NCBI GenBank assembly: GCA_900314985.1
Contig: OMXL01000004.1
Location: 7,502-71,501, forward strand
Length of the DNA: 64,000 nucleotides
Reading direction: 5' to 3'
From: an uncultured Prevotellaceae bacterium
Lineage (GTDB): Bacteria; Bacteroidota; Bacteroidia; Bacteroidales; Bacteroidaceae
A program made the position numbers and the translations under genes. How positions within the stretch are numbered: position 1 is the stretch's first letter; each line of letters starts with the position of its first letter. Below the pieces are notes generated by a model. It made no database searches and was not told the DNA's origin. It was given only the letters and a program-made list of their open reading frames with translations. Below, one piece after another: positions 27,159 through 36,154 of the stretch.

Positions 27159-27631
27159 TTCTTTACGATTTTAATTGTTTGACTTTTTCCTACTCTTACA
27201 AGATAAACGCCTTTCTGTTGTCCGCTAAGGCTGATTGTTGCGGTATCGCCACTACGGCTGATGCTGCCACATTGGCGTCCTGCCATATCACATACCATGA
27301 TACGGTCACCTTGTGACAGTCCGTTAATCTCCAAATGGTCGGCATCCGTCTGTTTGTACACCAACGCATCTTTCAACGTTTCTTTCAGACCGGTGTGATC
27401 GCCTGTGAAGTAGAATCGCTTCACCTGGCTGCGTTCATAATCTGTCTGCACGCTTTCTGTTTTAATCCTCAGTAGTGTGCCTTCAATTGTCAGTACTGGC
27501 TTGTCCTGCAATACATAATTTGCAGTCTGGCCAGTGGTCAGCTCAACGACAAGCGTCGTCTCTGCTGCCAATGCACTGAGTGGCAGCAATAGTGCTGCCA
27601 GAAAAAGCCATTTGAGTCTTTTCATAATCAT
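27155..27631 (-). CDS. Small T9SS type-A C-terminal-domain protein
   Basis: Signal peptide; C-terminus IMVCDMAGRQ...ISLSGQQKGVYLVRVGKSQTIKIVKK; 4-bp overlap with the downstream gene. Confidence 0.75.
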   Translation of the reverse strand: MIMKRLKWLFLAALLLPLSALAAETTLVVELTTGQTANYVLQDKPVLTIEGTLLRIKTESVQTDYERSQVKRFYFTGDHTGLKETLKDALVYKQTDADHLEINGLSQGDRIMVCDMAGRQCGSISRSGDTATISLSGQQKGVYLVRVGKSQTIKIVKK

Positions 27632-27724
27632 TTATGTTTTAGGTTTGCAATATTTGTATGTCTGCAAAGATACAATATTTCTTTTAATAACGCAAGTGTT
27701 TTATGCATTTTCTTTTGCACAAAC

Positions 27725-27760
27725 AAAAACGGCTGCACGCCCGAGGGTGGGGTGCAGCCG
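27725..27760 (-). terminator. Intrinsic terminator (paralogous to 25276-25313)
   Basis: Minus strand CGGCTGCAC...GTGCAGCCG-TTTTT. Confidence 0.85.
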
Positions 27761-27783
27761 TATGGTATGAGTCTGATTGCTAC

Positions 27784-29589
27784 TTATTTTTTAGTCAGAG
27801 TTGCGTCGTCAACGAGTACATCCTCGCCAGATGTGTAGGAATTTGCTTTTGGATTCATAACTACCAAGCATACGGTAGTTTCTGCTGCCAGTGTGAAGTC
27901 ATAGCTAACCTGCTGCCATCCTGCGTTTAGTGTTGCATATTCTCCATATTGATAGCTGCCTGCTGAACCATCAGTAACGGGTACATAACCAGGACGAACC
28001 TGAGCCTTGTTCCCACTAGTTGGTTTAACCCAGAATGAGAAGTTGTAAGAACCTGCTGCCAGTTTTATCTCTTGGCTGGCAAGGCGCTTGTTTCCAGAAG
28101 TTCCGCCACCTTTTACCAGGACAGAATAGCTACCTCCATGGGCATCAGTACTCTGTTCAAGAGTGGCTGAGCTTGCTGTACATGCCGACTTCCAACCAGT
28201 TGGCAGACCATTAGCCCATGTCTCAAAGTTTCCGTTGGTCAGTTCAGATGCTGCTTCACCGCCGCCGCCAGTGCCACTTCCGCCACCACTAGTACCATCA
28301 TCAAATTCAGGAGCATTGCCGTTCACGCTAATCAGTGTACCGCTGTTCTGAGCTGTTTCTGGCGTATTGTTACTGTAATTTACAAGTTTACCACTAACAA
28401 TTACTGTAGCGCCTTTTGGAATCTTATAGCCTTGTTTGAGGTCCTTGCCATCAGCACCCTTTACACGGTATGCCTTAAATTTCTCAGAAGCTCCCTCGGT
28501 ATCAACCATGTCGAATGTTGCGTTCTTGTAGCTGTCAACAGTATATTCTGCATTAACAATACCCTTAACGTAGAAAACCTCTGTGGTTGCAGTTGTTCCA
28601 GCTTCTTTACATTTTGCAACTGCAGCTGCTACGTTAAATGGATCAGTCTGTGTGCCTGTACCTGCGGGTGTTCCTGGCGTGACGCTTCCACCACCACCGT
28701 CACCAGTAGCTGTACCATTGATACTTACGATATAAGCTCCGGTAGCTGTTTCAGGAGTATTGCCCTTAAAGTTTACAACAGGACCATAAACGATGATGAC
28801 ATCACCCTTGTTCACTTTGAAACCTTCTTCGAAGTCCTTATTATTGGCACCCTTGCAACGGAATACCTTAAATTTGTCAGAAGAACCTTCTGCGTCAACA
28901 ATCTCAACTTCAATGTTCTTGTAGCTGCCAACGGTGTAGTCTGCATCAGCAATACCCTTAATATAGTATTTCTCTGTAGAAGCGGTTTCGCCTACCTCTT
29001 TACATTTTGCAATAGCAGCCGCAACATTGAATGGGTCAGCTTCGGTACCTGTGCCCTTAGCTTCGCCAGTACCACCACCGCTTGTGCCACCGCCAGTACC
29101 ATTGATAGATACTACGTAAGCCTTACCCTGTGAGGTCTCAGGGGTTGTGCCCTTATAGTAGATAACTTTACCACAGATGACAACCTTGTCGCCAACATTA
29201 ACGCCAACAGCAGATGCATCGCTGTATTTGACGTTGCCGAGATACAGGCCACGATAGAACGTGAAGACGCTCTTGCCATTCTCTACGTCAGCAATCTTGA
29301 AAGTAGCATTGCCATACTGAGTACCAAAAGCCTCAGTTACTTCTGTAACGATACCTGAGATGTAAACATCAATTGGCGACTCTGCATCAGAGCCTAAACC
29401 CTTGACATAATCCAGAGCAGCAGCTACGTTGTAGGGGTCTGTAGCCGTACCGCTACCAGCGGGATCGACCGTAGTCGAAGAACCTGAATTGGGGTTGATG
29501 GGCTGTCCGAATGGTTCGGGCACGTCCTCACAACTGGTGAATGTGAAAGCCATCATGGCCATCGCAATCAGATAATAAATCTTTTTCAT
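27784..29589 (-). CDS. Lipoprotein with 3 putative OB-fold repeat modules + C-terminal CBM4/9-like domain
   Basis: Lipobox FTSC followed by EDVPEP; modules at ~29100-29465, ~28715-29065 and ~28320-28670. Confidence 0.78.
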   Translation of the reverse strand: MKKIYYLIAMAMMAFTFTSCEDVPEPFGQPINPNSGSSTTVDPAGSGTATDPYNVAAALDYVKGLGSDAESPIDVYISGIVTEVTEAFGTQYGNATFKIADVENGKSVFTFYRGLYLGNVKYSDASAVGVNVGDKVVICGKVIYYKGTTPETSQGKAYVVSINGTGGGTSGGGTGEAKGTGTEADPFNVAAAIAKCKEVGETASTEKYYIKGIADADYTVGSYKNIEVEIVDAEGSSDKFKVFRCKGANNKDFEEGFKVNKGDVIIVYGPVVNFKGNTPETATGAYIVSINGTATGDGGGGSVTPGTPAGTGTQTDPFNVAAAVAKCKEAGTTATTEVFYVKGIVNAEYTVDSYKNATFDMVDTEGASEKFKAYRVKGADGKDLKQGYKIPKGATVIVSGKLVNYSNNTPETAQNSGTLISVNGNAPEFDDGTSGGGSGTGGGGEAASELTNGNFETWANGLPTGWKSACTASSATLEQSTDAHGGSYSVLVKGGGTSGNKRLASQEIKLAAGSYNFSFWVKPTSGNKAQVRPGYVPVTDGSAGSYQYGEYATLNAGWQQVSYDFTLAAETTVCLVVMNPKANSYTSGEDVLVDDATLTKK

Positions 29590-29637
29590 ATTGTTTTTCG
29601 TTTTTGTTTATTCGTATGTTAGTATTAGAATGCGTAA

Positions 29638-31689
29638 TTACTCAGCAAGTTCTGGAGCACTGCCGTTAACGCTGATAAGAGTTCCGGAATTCTGTGCCGT
29701 TTCTGGTGTGTTTCCATTGTAGTTAACAAGCTTACCACTAACAACCACGGTAGCACCCTTCGGAATCTTATATCCTTCCTTGAGGCCTTTGCCGTCAGCA
29801 CCCTTTACACGGAATGCTTTAAACTTTTGTGAAGCTCCCTCGGTGTCAACCAAGTCGATTGTTGCGTTTTTATAGCTGTCAACAGTATATTCAGCGTTCA
29901 CGATACCCTTTACAAAGTATATGTCTGTGGTTGCTGTCGTTCCAGTTTCTTGACACTTCGCAATAGCTGCTGCAACATTGAAGGGGTCTGCCTCTGTTCC
30001 TGTACCTTTGGCTTCCCCAGTTGCACCGCTGCCACTGTCTTCACCGTCAAGTTGAGGGGCTTGTCCGTTTACGCTGATAAGAGTTCCAGAGTTCTGTGCT
30101 GTTTCGGGTGTATTTCCGCCGTAGTTAACAAGCTTGCCGCTAACAATCACTGTGGCACCCTTAGGAATCTTATAACCTTCTTTTAGAGCCTTGCCGTCAG
30201 CACCCTTTACGCGGAATGCTTTGAACTTCTGTGAAGCTCCTTCAGCATCTACTAAGTCAAATGTCGCGTTTTTATAGCTATCAACTGTGTAGTCTGCGTT
30301 TACAATGCCTTTGACATAGAAAATCTCAGAAGAAGCAGTCTGACCAACTTCTTGGCACTTTGCAATAGCTGCTGCAACATTGAATGGGTCAGCTTCAGTA
30401 CCTGTTCCCTTGGCTTCGCCTGTGTCACCGCTGCCGCCTTCGCCACCTCCATCACTGTTAAGAGAATATAGGTATGCTTTGTTCTGTGCTGTCTCAGGTG
30501 TAGAACCATAGTTGTTGACGAATTTTACCACCTTACCACAGATAACGACCTTGTCGCCTTTCTTGACTTGAGTGTCAGAAGCGGTGAACTTCTTGTTGCC
30601 AAGGTAAAGACCACGATAGAATGTGAATGAGTTGCTTGCAAATTCATCATCGCTGACAATGAATGTTCCATTGCCGTACTGAGTGGTAAACTCTTCAGTA
30701 ATGCTGGTAATAATACCAGAGAAGTACACGTCGTTTGGAGATTCTACATTGTCGCCAAGTGACTCAACATAAGCCAGTACGCCTGCTACGTTGTAAGGAT
30801 TATCTTTCGTTCCTGTACCTGCAGGATCTGGAGGAGTGATGGGTTCGTGTGTAGATTTCTGGATGTCGTCCTGTGTGCGAGGCATAATCTGCCATGTGTT
30901 GTTATAGCGTGCAGCAATACCTGTGATGTCAATAGCTTCAGTAGGCATAATCATGGCAGCATACTTTGCATATGTGCTGGTACGAACTACCACGTTGCTC
31001 ATGCCGTCGATGTCACGATTAACGCAACCGCCAACAAGCTGAGCACTACCATCGCCTGGAGCAAAGGTTATCTTACCGTCAGCGCCTTTCATCTTGACGC
31101 CAACCAATGTAATTAGTTTGCCACAGTCTTTCTCCATATCCAGTGCACTCATGCTGCGAATTTCTTCAGGTTTAGCGCTAAGACCTTCCACAGGAGAAAT
31201 CAACTTGAAATGGTCTTGCCAGGTATAGCGGCTCATGCGACCGACCTGATCCATGTTCTTGCTATCGTTGTGATAGAAGGTGCCAATCTCAGGCTGTTTG
31301 CCATAAGCGCCAATATAGAGACCCTCCAGTTCGATGAGCATGCACTGACCAACAGCAGCTTCGCTGAAGATACCGCTCTTGTCGATGCTCATATAGAGAG
31401 AACCGGTGCCGTCAGATACATACAATTGTTTATAGAGGTTGCTACCTTCATCGTTGCCGGTAACAATCACCTTAATCTGTGTGGGCTTGGTAATCTGCTG
31501 CAGACCATTGTCGCTGATGACGCTCTTGTACTGAGTCTTCAGAGCGGCGATAGTTACCACATTGGTCTCTTGGATGTACTGATTACCATAGCTCTCCATT
31601 CCAGCTTCCGCCGAAGGTTCGTCCCAAGTGTGGCACGCTGCGGCAAAGATAGCTGAAAGTGCTAATAGGAAAATATTTCTTGTCTTCAT
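29638..31689 (-). CDS. Lipoprotein with DUF5689-like N-terminal domain + 3 putative OB-fold repeat modules
   Basis: Lipobox AAAC; VTGNDEGSNLYKQLYVSDGTG and VVRTSTYAKYA...WQIMPR (DUF5689-like); modules at ~30457-30825, ~30064-30415 and ~29663-30012. Confidence 0.78.
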   Translation of the reverse strand: MKTRNIFLLALSAIFAAACHTWDEPSAEAGMESYGNQYIQETNVVTIAALKTQYKSVISDNGLQQITKPTQIKVIVTGNDEGSNLYKQLYVSDGTGSLYMSIDKSGIFSEAAVGQCMLIELEGLYIGAYGKQPEIGTFYHNDSKNMDQVGRMSRYTWQDHFKLISPVEGLSAKPEEIRSMSALDMEKDCGKLITLVGVKMKGADGKITFAPGDGSAQLVGGCVNRDIDGMSNVVVRTSTYAKYAAMIMPTEAIDITGIAARYNNTWQIMPRTQDDIQKSTHEPITPPDPAGTGTKDNPYNVAGVLAYVESLGDNVESPNDVYFSGIITSITEEFTTQYGNGTFIVSDDEFASNSFTFYRGLYLGNKKFTASDTQVKKGDKVVICGKVVKFVNNYGSTPETAQNKAYLYSLNSDGGGEGGSGDTGEAKGTGTEADPFNVAAAIAKCQEVGQTASSEIFYVKGIVNADYTVDSYKNATFDLVDAEGASQKFKAFRVKGADGKALKEGYKIPKGATVIVSGKLVNYGGNTPETAQNSGTLISVNGQAPQLDGEDSGSGATGEAKGTGTEADPFNVAAAIAKCQETGTTATTDIYFVKGIVNAEYTVDSYKNATIDLVDTEGASQKFKAFRVKGADGKGLKEGYKIPKGATVVVSGKLVNYNGNTPETAQNSGTLISVNGSAPELAE

Positions 31690-31703
31690 AATGCTTCAGT
31701 GTT

Positions 31704-34322
31704 TTAGAATCTGTAACCAATGTTCAGCATACCGTTGATACCCCAAGCATAGTATTTCTTCGGGTTCTTGTCGAAGCGGTACAGGCGGCTGGTATTGATT
31801 TCGCCATCATTAGAACCGATAGAGTAGTTACTACGACTCTGCTCGTAACCGCCAGTACACAACTTTGTGTTGTTCAGCAGGTTGGTCAGCGAGAGGTTGA
31901 TAGACAGCTGGCCTGACTTCATGCGGATGGAACGACCAATGCTCAGGTCCATCATAAAGCCGCCCTTACCCTTTGACTGGTCAAGGGCACTCTGGATAAC
32001 GTTGCCGTCATCGTCGAGAGTGCGCTCGGCATCAATACCACGAGCAATGGCTGCCTTGTTACGGTTTACGATGGTGCTCTCATAGCGATAAACGGGTGAG
32101 TAAGAGAGGTAGATGCGATCGTAGTAGTTACCGCTCAAGTCAATGAACCAACCACTAGCGCTGTAGCTCAGTGTCACGCCATAGACTGACAGTGGGGTAC
32201 CAGCTTCACGCATGTTCTTATTTAATACAGTCTCTTCTGCATAGAAATTGTCATCCTCGATAGGTTTTGCAGAACTCATGTAGCGTACGCGGGCATTGTT
32301 CGTGTTCTTTGCCTCGCTGATAGCTGCCAGAGCGCGGATGCTCCATGCAGAGTTGAGAGAAGCTTTGATACCTAACTCTACACCGTAGTACTCTTTCTTG
32401 ATACCTGTCATAGATACGTAAGAGAATGAGTTGATGTCATCGTCGAAGAAGTTCTGCCACTCAGTAACATCGCTCAATTTGCTGTAGTAGGCATTAACGT
32501 TGGCTTTGAGCCATGTAGTAGCAAACTGATAGCCAAACTCGCTGCTGAAAATCTTTTCGTTCTTCAGGTTTGCACAGAACTCGTTGGTCATCTCAGGAGA
32601 TACGAATACTGCGTTGGCAGTAGGAGTCTTCATCTCATAGCCTGCACCGATGCTAATGACGTTACCTGCACCGAGGTTATAGGTCAGACCGCCCTTTACA
32701 CCACCGTCAAGGAAACGGGCTGTCTCGCTCTTACCGAAAGAGCTAAGTCCCATGCTCTCGGCAATACCGTTGCGCATCTTGCCATCGCGCTGCATGCTGG
32801 TACCTGCAACACGACCTGAAAGGAAGGCAGCCAAAGATTTCTTCTGGTATTTCAAAGCAGCCCAAACCTGTGCCTTGTTGACCAACAGGTTGTAGTCGTA
32901 GTTCATCTTGTCTCCCTCTTTCACTACAGCATTGGGATTGTTCAGGTCGTACTGGATGCGAGGATCCGTAGCACTGTAAGTTCCCAAAGCGTAGGTGTTG
33001 ATGTCGTGGAAGACGTTTGCACCCAACAAGTCGTCCATGGTCTTGTAGTGAGCACCCTGGTTTGTTCCCAGGCTGAAACCGATATTCAGGTTAGTGGTCT
33101 TGCTCAGAGTGGTCTTCAGGGTAGATGCCAATGTCAAGTTCAGCGTGTTAATGTTCTTAGCTTGCACATAGTATTTAGCATCGCTGTTGGTGGCATTGCC
33201 CTGACGGTTGGTGTAGTACATGCGATCCCAGTTGATCTGGCGAGCTTCCTCGCTACCCATAAAGTAGGTACGAGCATAGTAGTACTTGTTGTAGCCATCG
33301 GCATTGTTGGCGGCTTCGTCATACCATACATCGTAGTAGCTTGATGGCATGAGCTTCCAGTAGTCTGGAGCGGGGTTCTCACCACCATTGTATCCCAGAC
33401 TTGTACCTTTGTACATTGAGTAGCGGCCAGTCAGTGCTGTCTGCACTTTCATGTTGTCGTTAATCTTCCAGTCCCAGTTGATGAGTACTGTAGGTGAAAA
33501 GTCCTTTACAACGCGAGAGTTACGAACTTTACCGTCCTGATAGCCCCAATAGGGGTTGTAGTAGTTGCTGTTGGCCATCCAGTATGCCTCGTCAGTAGCT
33601 GCGCCTTGTGAGGCACGCTCTGTGGGACTACCCCAGGTGATGAAGGCTACTGAGTGGGCATCGTTGAACTTCTTTTCAGCACCGAAGAAGTATGACAGCG
33701 AGTTGTAGAAGGTTCCCTTTGCATAACCGCGCTGTGCCCAACGATAGGTCAGACCACCAGAGATAGCCCATCCGTCGGGTCTCAGACCTGTGTTGTAGGT
33801 GTACATGCCACGAACGGTGTAGCTACGGTTGGCACCAGCAATTGATGCATACTGTCCGGTTGCCATACGGCTGGGTCGGAAATCGTAGTTATTAGAGCCC
33901 GCCATTGACGGCATTGAGAAGTTGTTGAACTCGAAGGGCAATGATGTCTCGCGGCCACTGTTGGTCTGACGGTTCAAACCGCCAATCAGTGCAAAACGGA
34001 ACTGTCCTGACTCCATGTCGTTCATGGGAGCACCGTTAATGTAAATCTCATTGTACTTTTGATTAAAAGCACGATAGCGGAAGCGTCCAGCGCTGAACTG
34101 GAAACCAGACGAATTGGCAAAGATGTTCTGATTCGATGAGATAATCGATACATTCTGAGACATGTCGTCGTCTTCGCCCAATTGTGCTTCCGTGAAAGTG
34201 AAGGCTTGCTCGTTCAGGACAGCCTGCTCTTCCTCCGTGACCACAGTGGTCTTGGGCTCCTGAGCAAACGCAGTCGTAGCGACGAATAGAGCCAACACGG
34301 CTAAATGAAGCTTTTTTTGCAT
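31704..34322 (-). CDS. TonB-dependent outer-membrane receptor (non-SusC)
   Basis: Signal peptide; plug-like FRYRAFNQKYNEIYINGAPMND; beta-barrel strands; terminal LNIGYRF; no SusC signature and no SusD partner. Confidence 0.85.
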   Translation of the reverse strand: MQKKLHLAVLALFVATTAFAQEPKTTVVTEEEQAVLNEQAFTFTEAQLGEDDDMSQNVSIISSNQNIFANSSGFQFSAGRFRYRAFNQKYNEIYINGAPMNDMESGQFRFALIGGLNRQTNSGRETSLPFEFNNFSMPSMAGSNNYDFRPSRMATGQYASIAGANRSYTVRGMYTYNTGLRPDGWAISGGLTYRWAQRGYAKGTFYNSLSYFFGAEKKFNDAHSVAFITWGSPTERASQGAATDEAYWMANSNYYNPYWGYQDGKVRNSRVVKDFSPTVLINWDWKINDNMKVQTALTGRYSMYKGTSLGYNGGENPAPDYWKLMPSSYYDVWYDEAANNADGYNKYYYARTYFMGSEEARQINWDRMYYTNRQGNATNSDAKYYVQAKNINTLNLTLASTLKTTLSKTTNLNIGFSLGTNQGAHYKTMDDLLGANVFHDINTYALGTYSATDPRIQYDLNNPNAVVKEGDKMNYDYNLLVNKAQVWAALKYQKKSLAAFLSGRVAGTSMQRDGKMRNGIAESMGLSSFGKSETARFLDGGVKGGLTYNLGAGNVISIGAGYEMKTPTANAVFVSPEMTNEFCANLKNEKIFSSEFGYQFATTWLKANVNAYYSKLSDVTEWQNFFDDDINSFSYVSMTGIKKEYYGVELGIKASLNSAWSIRALAAISEAKNTNNARVRYMSSAKPIEDDNFYAEETVLNKNMREAGTPLSVYGVTLSYSASGWFIDLSGNYYDRIYLSYSPVYRYESTIVNRNKAAIARGIDAERTLDDDGNVIQSALDQSKGKGGFMMDLSIGRSIRMKSGQLSINLSLTNLLNNTKLCTGGYEQSRSNYSIGSNDGEINTSRLYRFDKNPKKYYAWGINGMLNIGYRF

Positions 34323-34377
34323 AAGAATGTTTTGTTTTAAATTGTGTTTTTGTTATTTCGGTTCAAAGATTCTGCTG

Positions 34378-34468
34378 CAAAGATAATGAATTAAATGCAA
34401 AAAAAAGTATCTTTTCGTGTTTTTTTTTGAAAAAAATTAGAATATCTCAAAAATAATGCGTATCTTCG
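34378..34468. promoter_or_regulatory. Divergent promoters for receptor operon and nuclease operon
   Basis: TATCTTTG on the minus strand (34378-34385) and the TATCTTCG variant on the plus strand (34461-34468). Confidence 0.6.
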
Positions 34469-34483
34469 CAGCAATAAATCTAA

Positions 34484-35539
34484 ATGATTATGAAAAAACT
34501 ACTATCCTTAATGGCCGTTTTGTTCCTGGTAGGAACGATAAACGCATTGGCACAGGAGAAGAAATATTCTGTCTATGCCATTGGTTTCTACAACCTTGAA
34601 AACCTATTTGATACCCTTCATGATGAAGGTCATAATGACTACGAATACTTGCCGGATGGCAGGAATAAGTGGACAGGTATGAAGTATCGTAACAAGCTAA
34701 AGAATATGTCGCGCGTATTGGCAGAGATGGGTACCGACGTGTTACCTACTGTAGGTGCTGCTGCCATCGGTGTCTCTGAAGTAGAGAATGCAGGATGTCT
34801 GAAGGATCTCTGCGAACAGGAACCCCTGAAGAAGCGTAACTTCCAGTATGTACTCCTTGAAGGCCCTGACCATCGTGGTGTTGACTGCGGTCTGCTATAC
34901 AATCCGGCATTGTTCACATTGCGCAACGTAAAGTTGGTACCTTATATATATGATAAGCCTGAGGATGCACGTCGTGCTACCCGTGGCTTCTTGGTATGTA
35001 GCGGTACACTGGCCGACGAACATGTTACCATTATTGTCAACCACCTGCCCTCACGTGGCGCAACGAGCTACTATCGTGAGTTAGGTGGCAAACAAATCCG
35101 TGCCGTGAAGGACTCATTGCTGAAGGATGACCCCAACGTAAAACTCTTCATTATGGGTGATATGAATGACGACCCTGCTGATCCTTCTATGTCAAAGGCT
35201 CTTGGTGCCCAGCGCGAACTGGAGGATGTGAAGCCTGGTGGCCTGTTCAACCCATTCTGGAATATTCATGCCAGTGGTACGGGTACGTTGATGTATGATG
35301 GTAAGTGGAATCTCTTCGACCAGATTATCATGTCGCACTCTCTGCTGAACCAGAAGGGAAAGAAGGATTATTCGACGCTGAAGTACTGGAAAGCTCAGAT
35401 CTTCCGTCGTGACTATCTGTTCCAGCAGGAAGGCCGTTACAAGGGTAACACCTTGCGTACGCATGCTGGTGGTGTATGGCTTAATGGCTATAGCGACCAC
35501 CTGCCTACACTGGTATATATAGTAAAAGAACAAAAATAA
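34484..35539 (+). CDS. Secreted endonuclease/exonuclease/phosphatase (EEP, DNase I-like) protein
   Basis: FYNLENLFDT, GVSEVEN, VNHLPSR, MGDMND, WNLFDQI, YSDHLP; SPI signal peptide. Confidence 0.92.
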   Translation: MIMKKLLSLMAVLFLVGTINALAQEKKYSVYAIGFYNLENLFDTLHDEGHNDYEYLPDGRNKWTGMKYRNKLKNMSRVLAEMGTDVLPTVGAAAIGVSEVENAGCLKDLCEQEPLKKRNFQYVLLEGPDHRGVDCGLLYNPALFTLRNVKLVPYIYDKPEDARRATRGFLVCSGTLADEHVTIIVNHLPSRGATSYYRELGGKQIRAVKDSLLKDDPNVKLFIMGDMNDDPADPSMSKALGAQRELEDVKPGGLFNPFWNIHASGTGTLMYDGKWNLFDQIIMSHSLLNQKGKKDYSTLKYWKAQIFRRDYLFQQEGRYKGNTLRTHAGGVWLNGYSDHLPTLVYIVKEQK

Positions 35540-36154
35540 ATGTACATTATCGGAATTGCAGGCGGTACAGGATCAGGAAAGACCACCGTCGTAAAGAGAA
35601 TTGCCAGCGTGCTGCCACCTCATTGTGCAGCAGTAGTACCATTGGACTCGTATTATAACGATACGACGGGAATGACCGACGAAGAGCGTAAGGCCATCAA
35701 CTTCGACCATCCTGATGCCTTCGACTGGAAGTTGCTCACTGAGCATATCAAGATGCTCAAGAGTGGTCAGGCCGTTGAACAGCCTACCTATTCTTATCTC
35801 ATCTCCAATCGCCTGCAAGAGACGATACACGTAGAACCTAAACCCGTTATCATTCTTGAGGGAATCATGACGCTTCACTATAAGAAGTTGCGTGACATGA
35901 TGGACCTAAAGATATTCGTGGATACCGACTCTGACGTTCGTCTGATTCGTAACATTCGTCGTGATGTGGTAGAACGCGGACGTACTGTCGACATGGTGCT
36001 TGACCGCTATGAGAAAGTCCTCAAACCCATGCACGAACAGTTTATCGAACCCACCAAGAAGTTTGCGGACCTCATCATTCCCTGGGGTGGCGACAACAAG
36101 ACGGGTATCCATATCCTCAAAACCTATATCGAAGGCATTGTTACCAATGTATAA
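35540..36154 (+). CDS. udk: Uridine kinase
   Basis: GIAGGTGSGKTT, DSYY, NFDHPDAFD, ILEGI, RLIRNIRRDV.ERGR, FIEPTK..AD. Confidence 0.95.
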   Translation: MYIIGIAGGTGSGKTTVVKRIASVLPPHCAAVVPLDSYYNDTTGMTDEERKAINFDHPDAFDWKLLTEHIKMLKSGQAVEQPTYSYLISNRLQETIHVEPKPVIILEGIMTLHYKKLRDMMDLKIFVDTDSDVRLIRNIRRDVVERGRTVDMVLDRYEKVLKPMHEQFIEPTKKFADLIIPWGGDNKTGIHILKTYIEGIVTNV

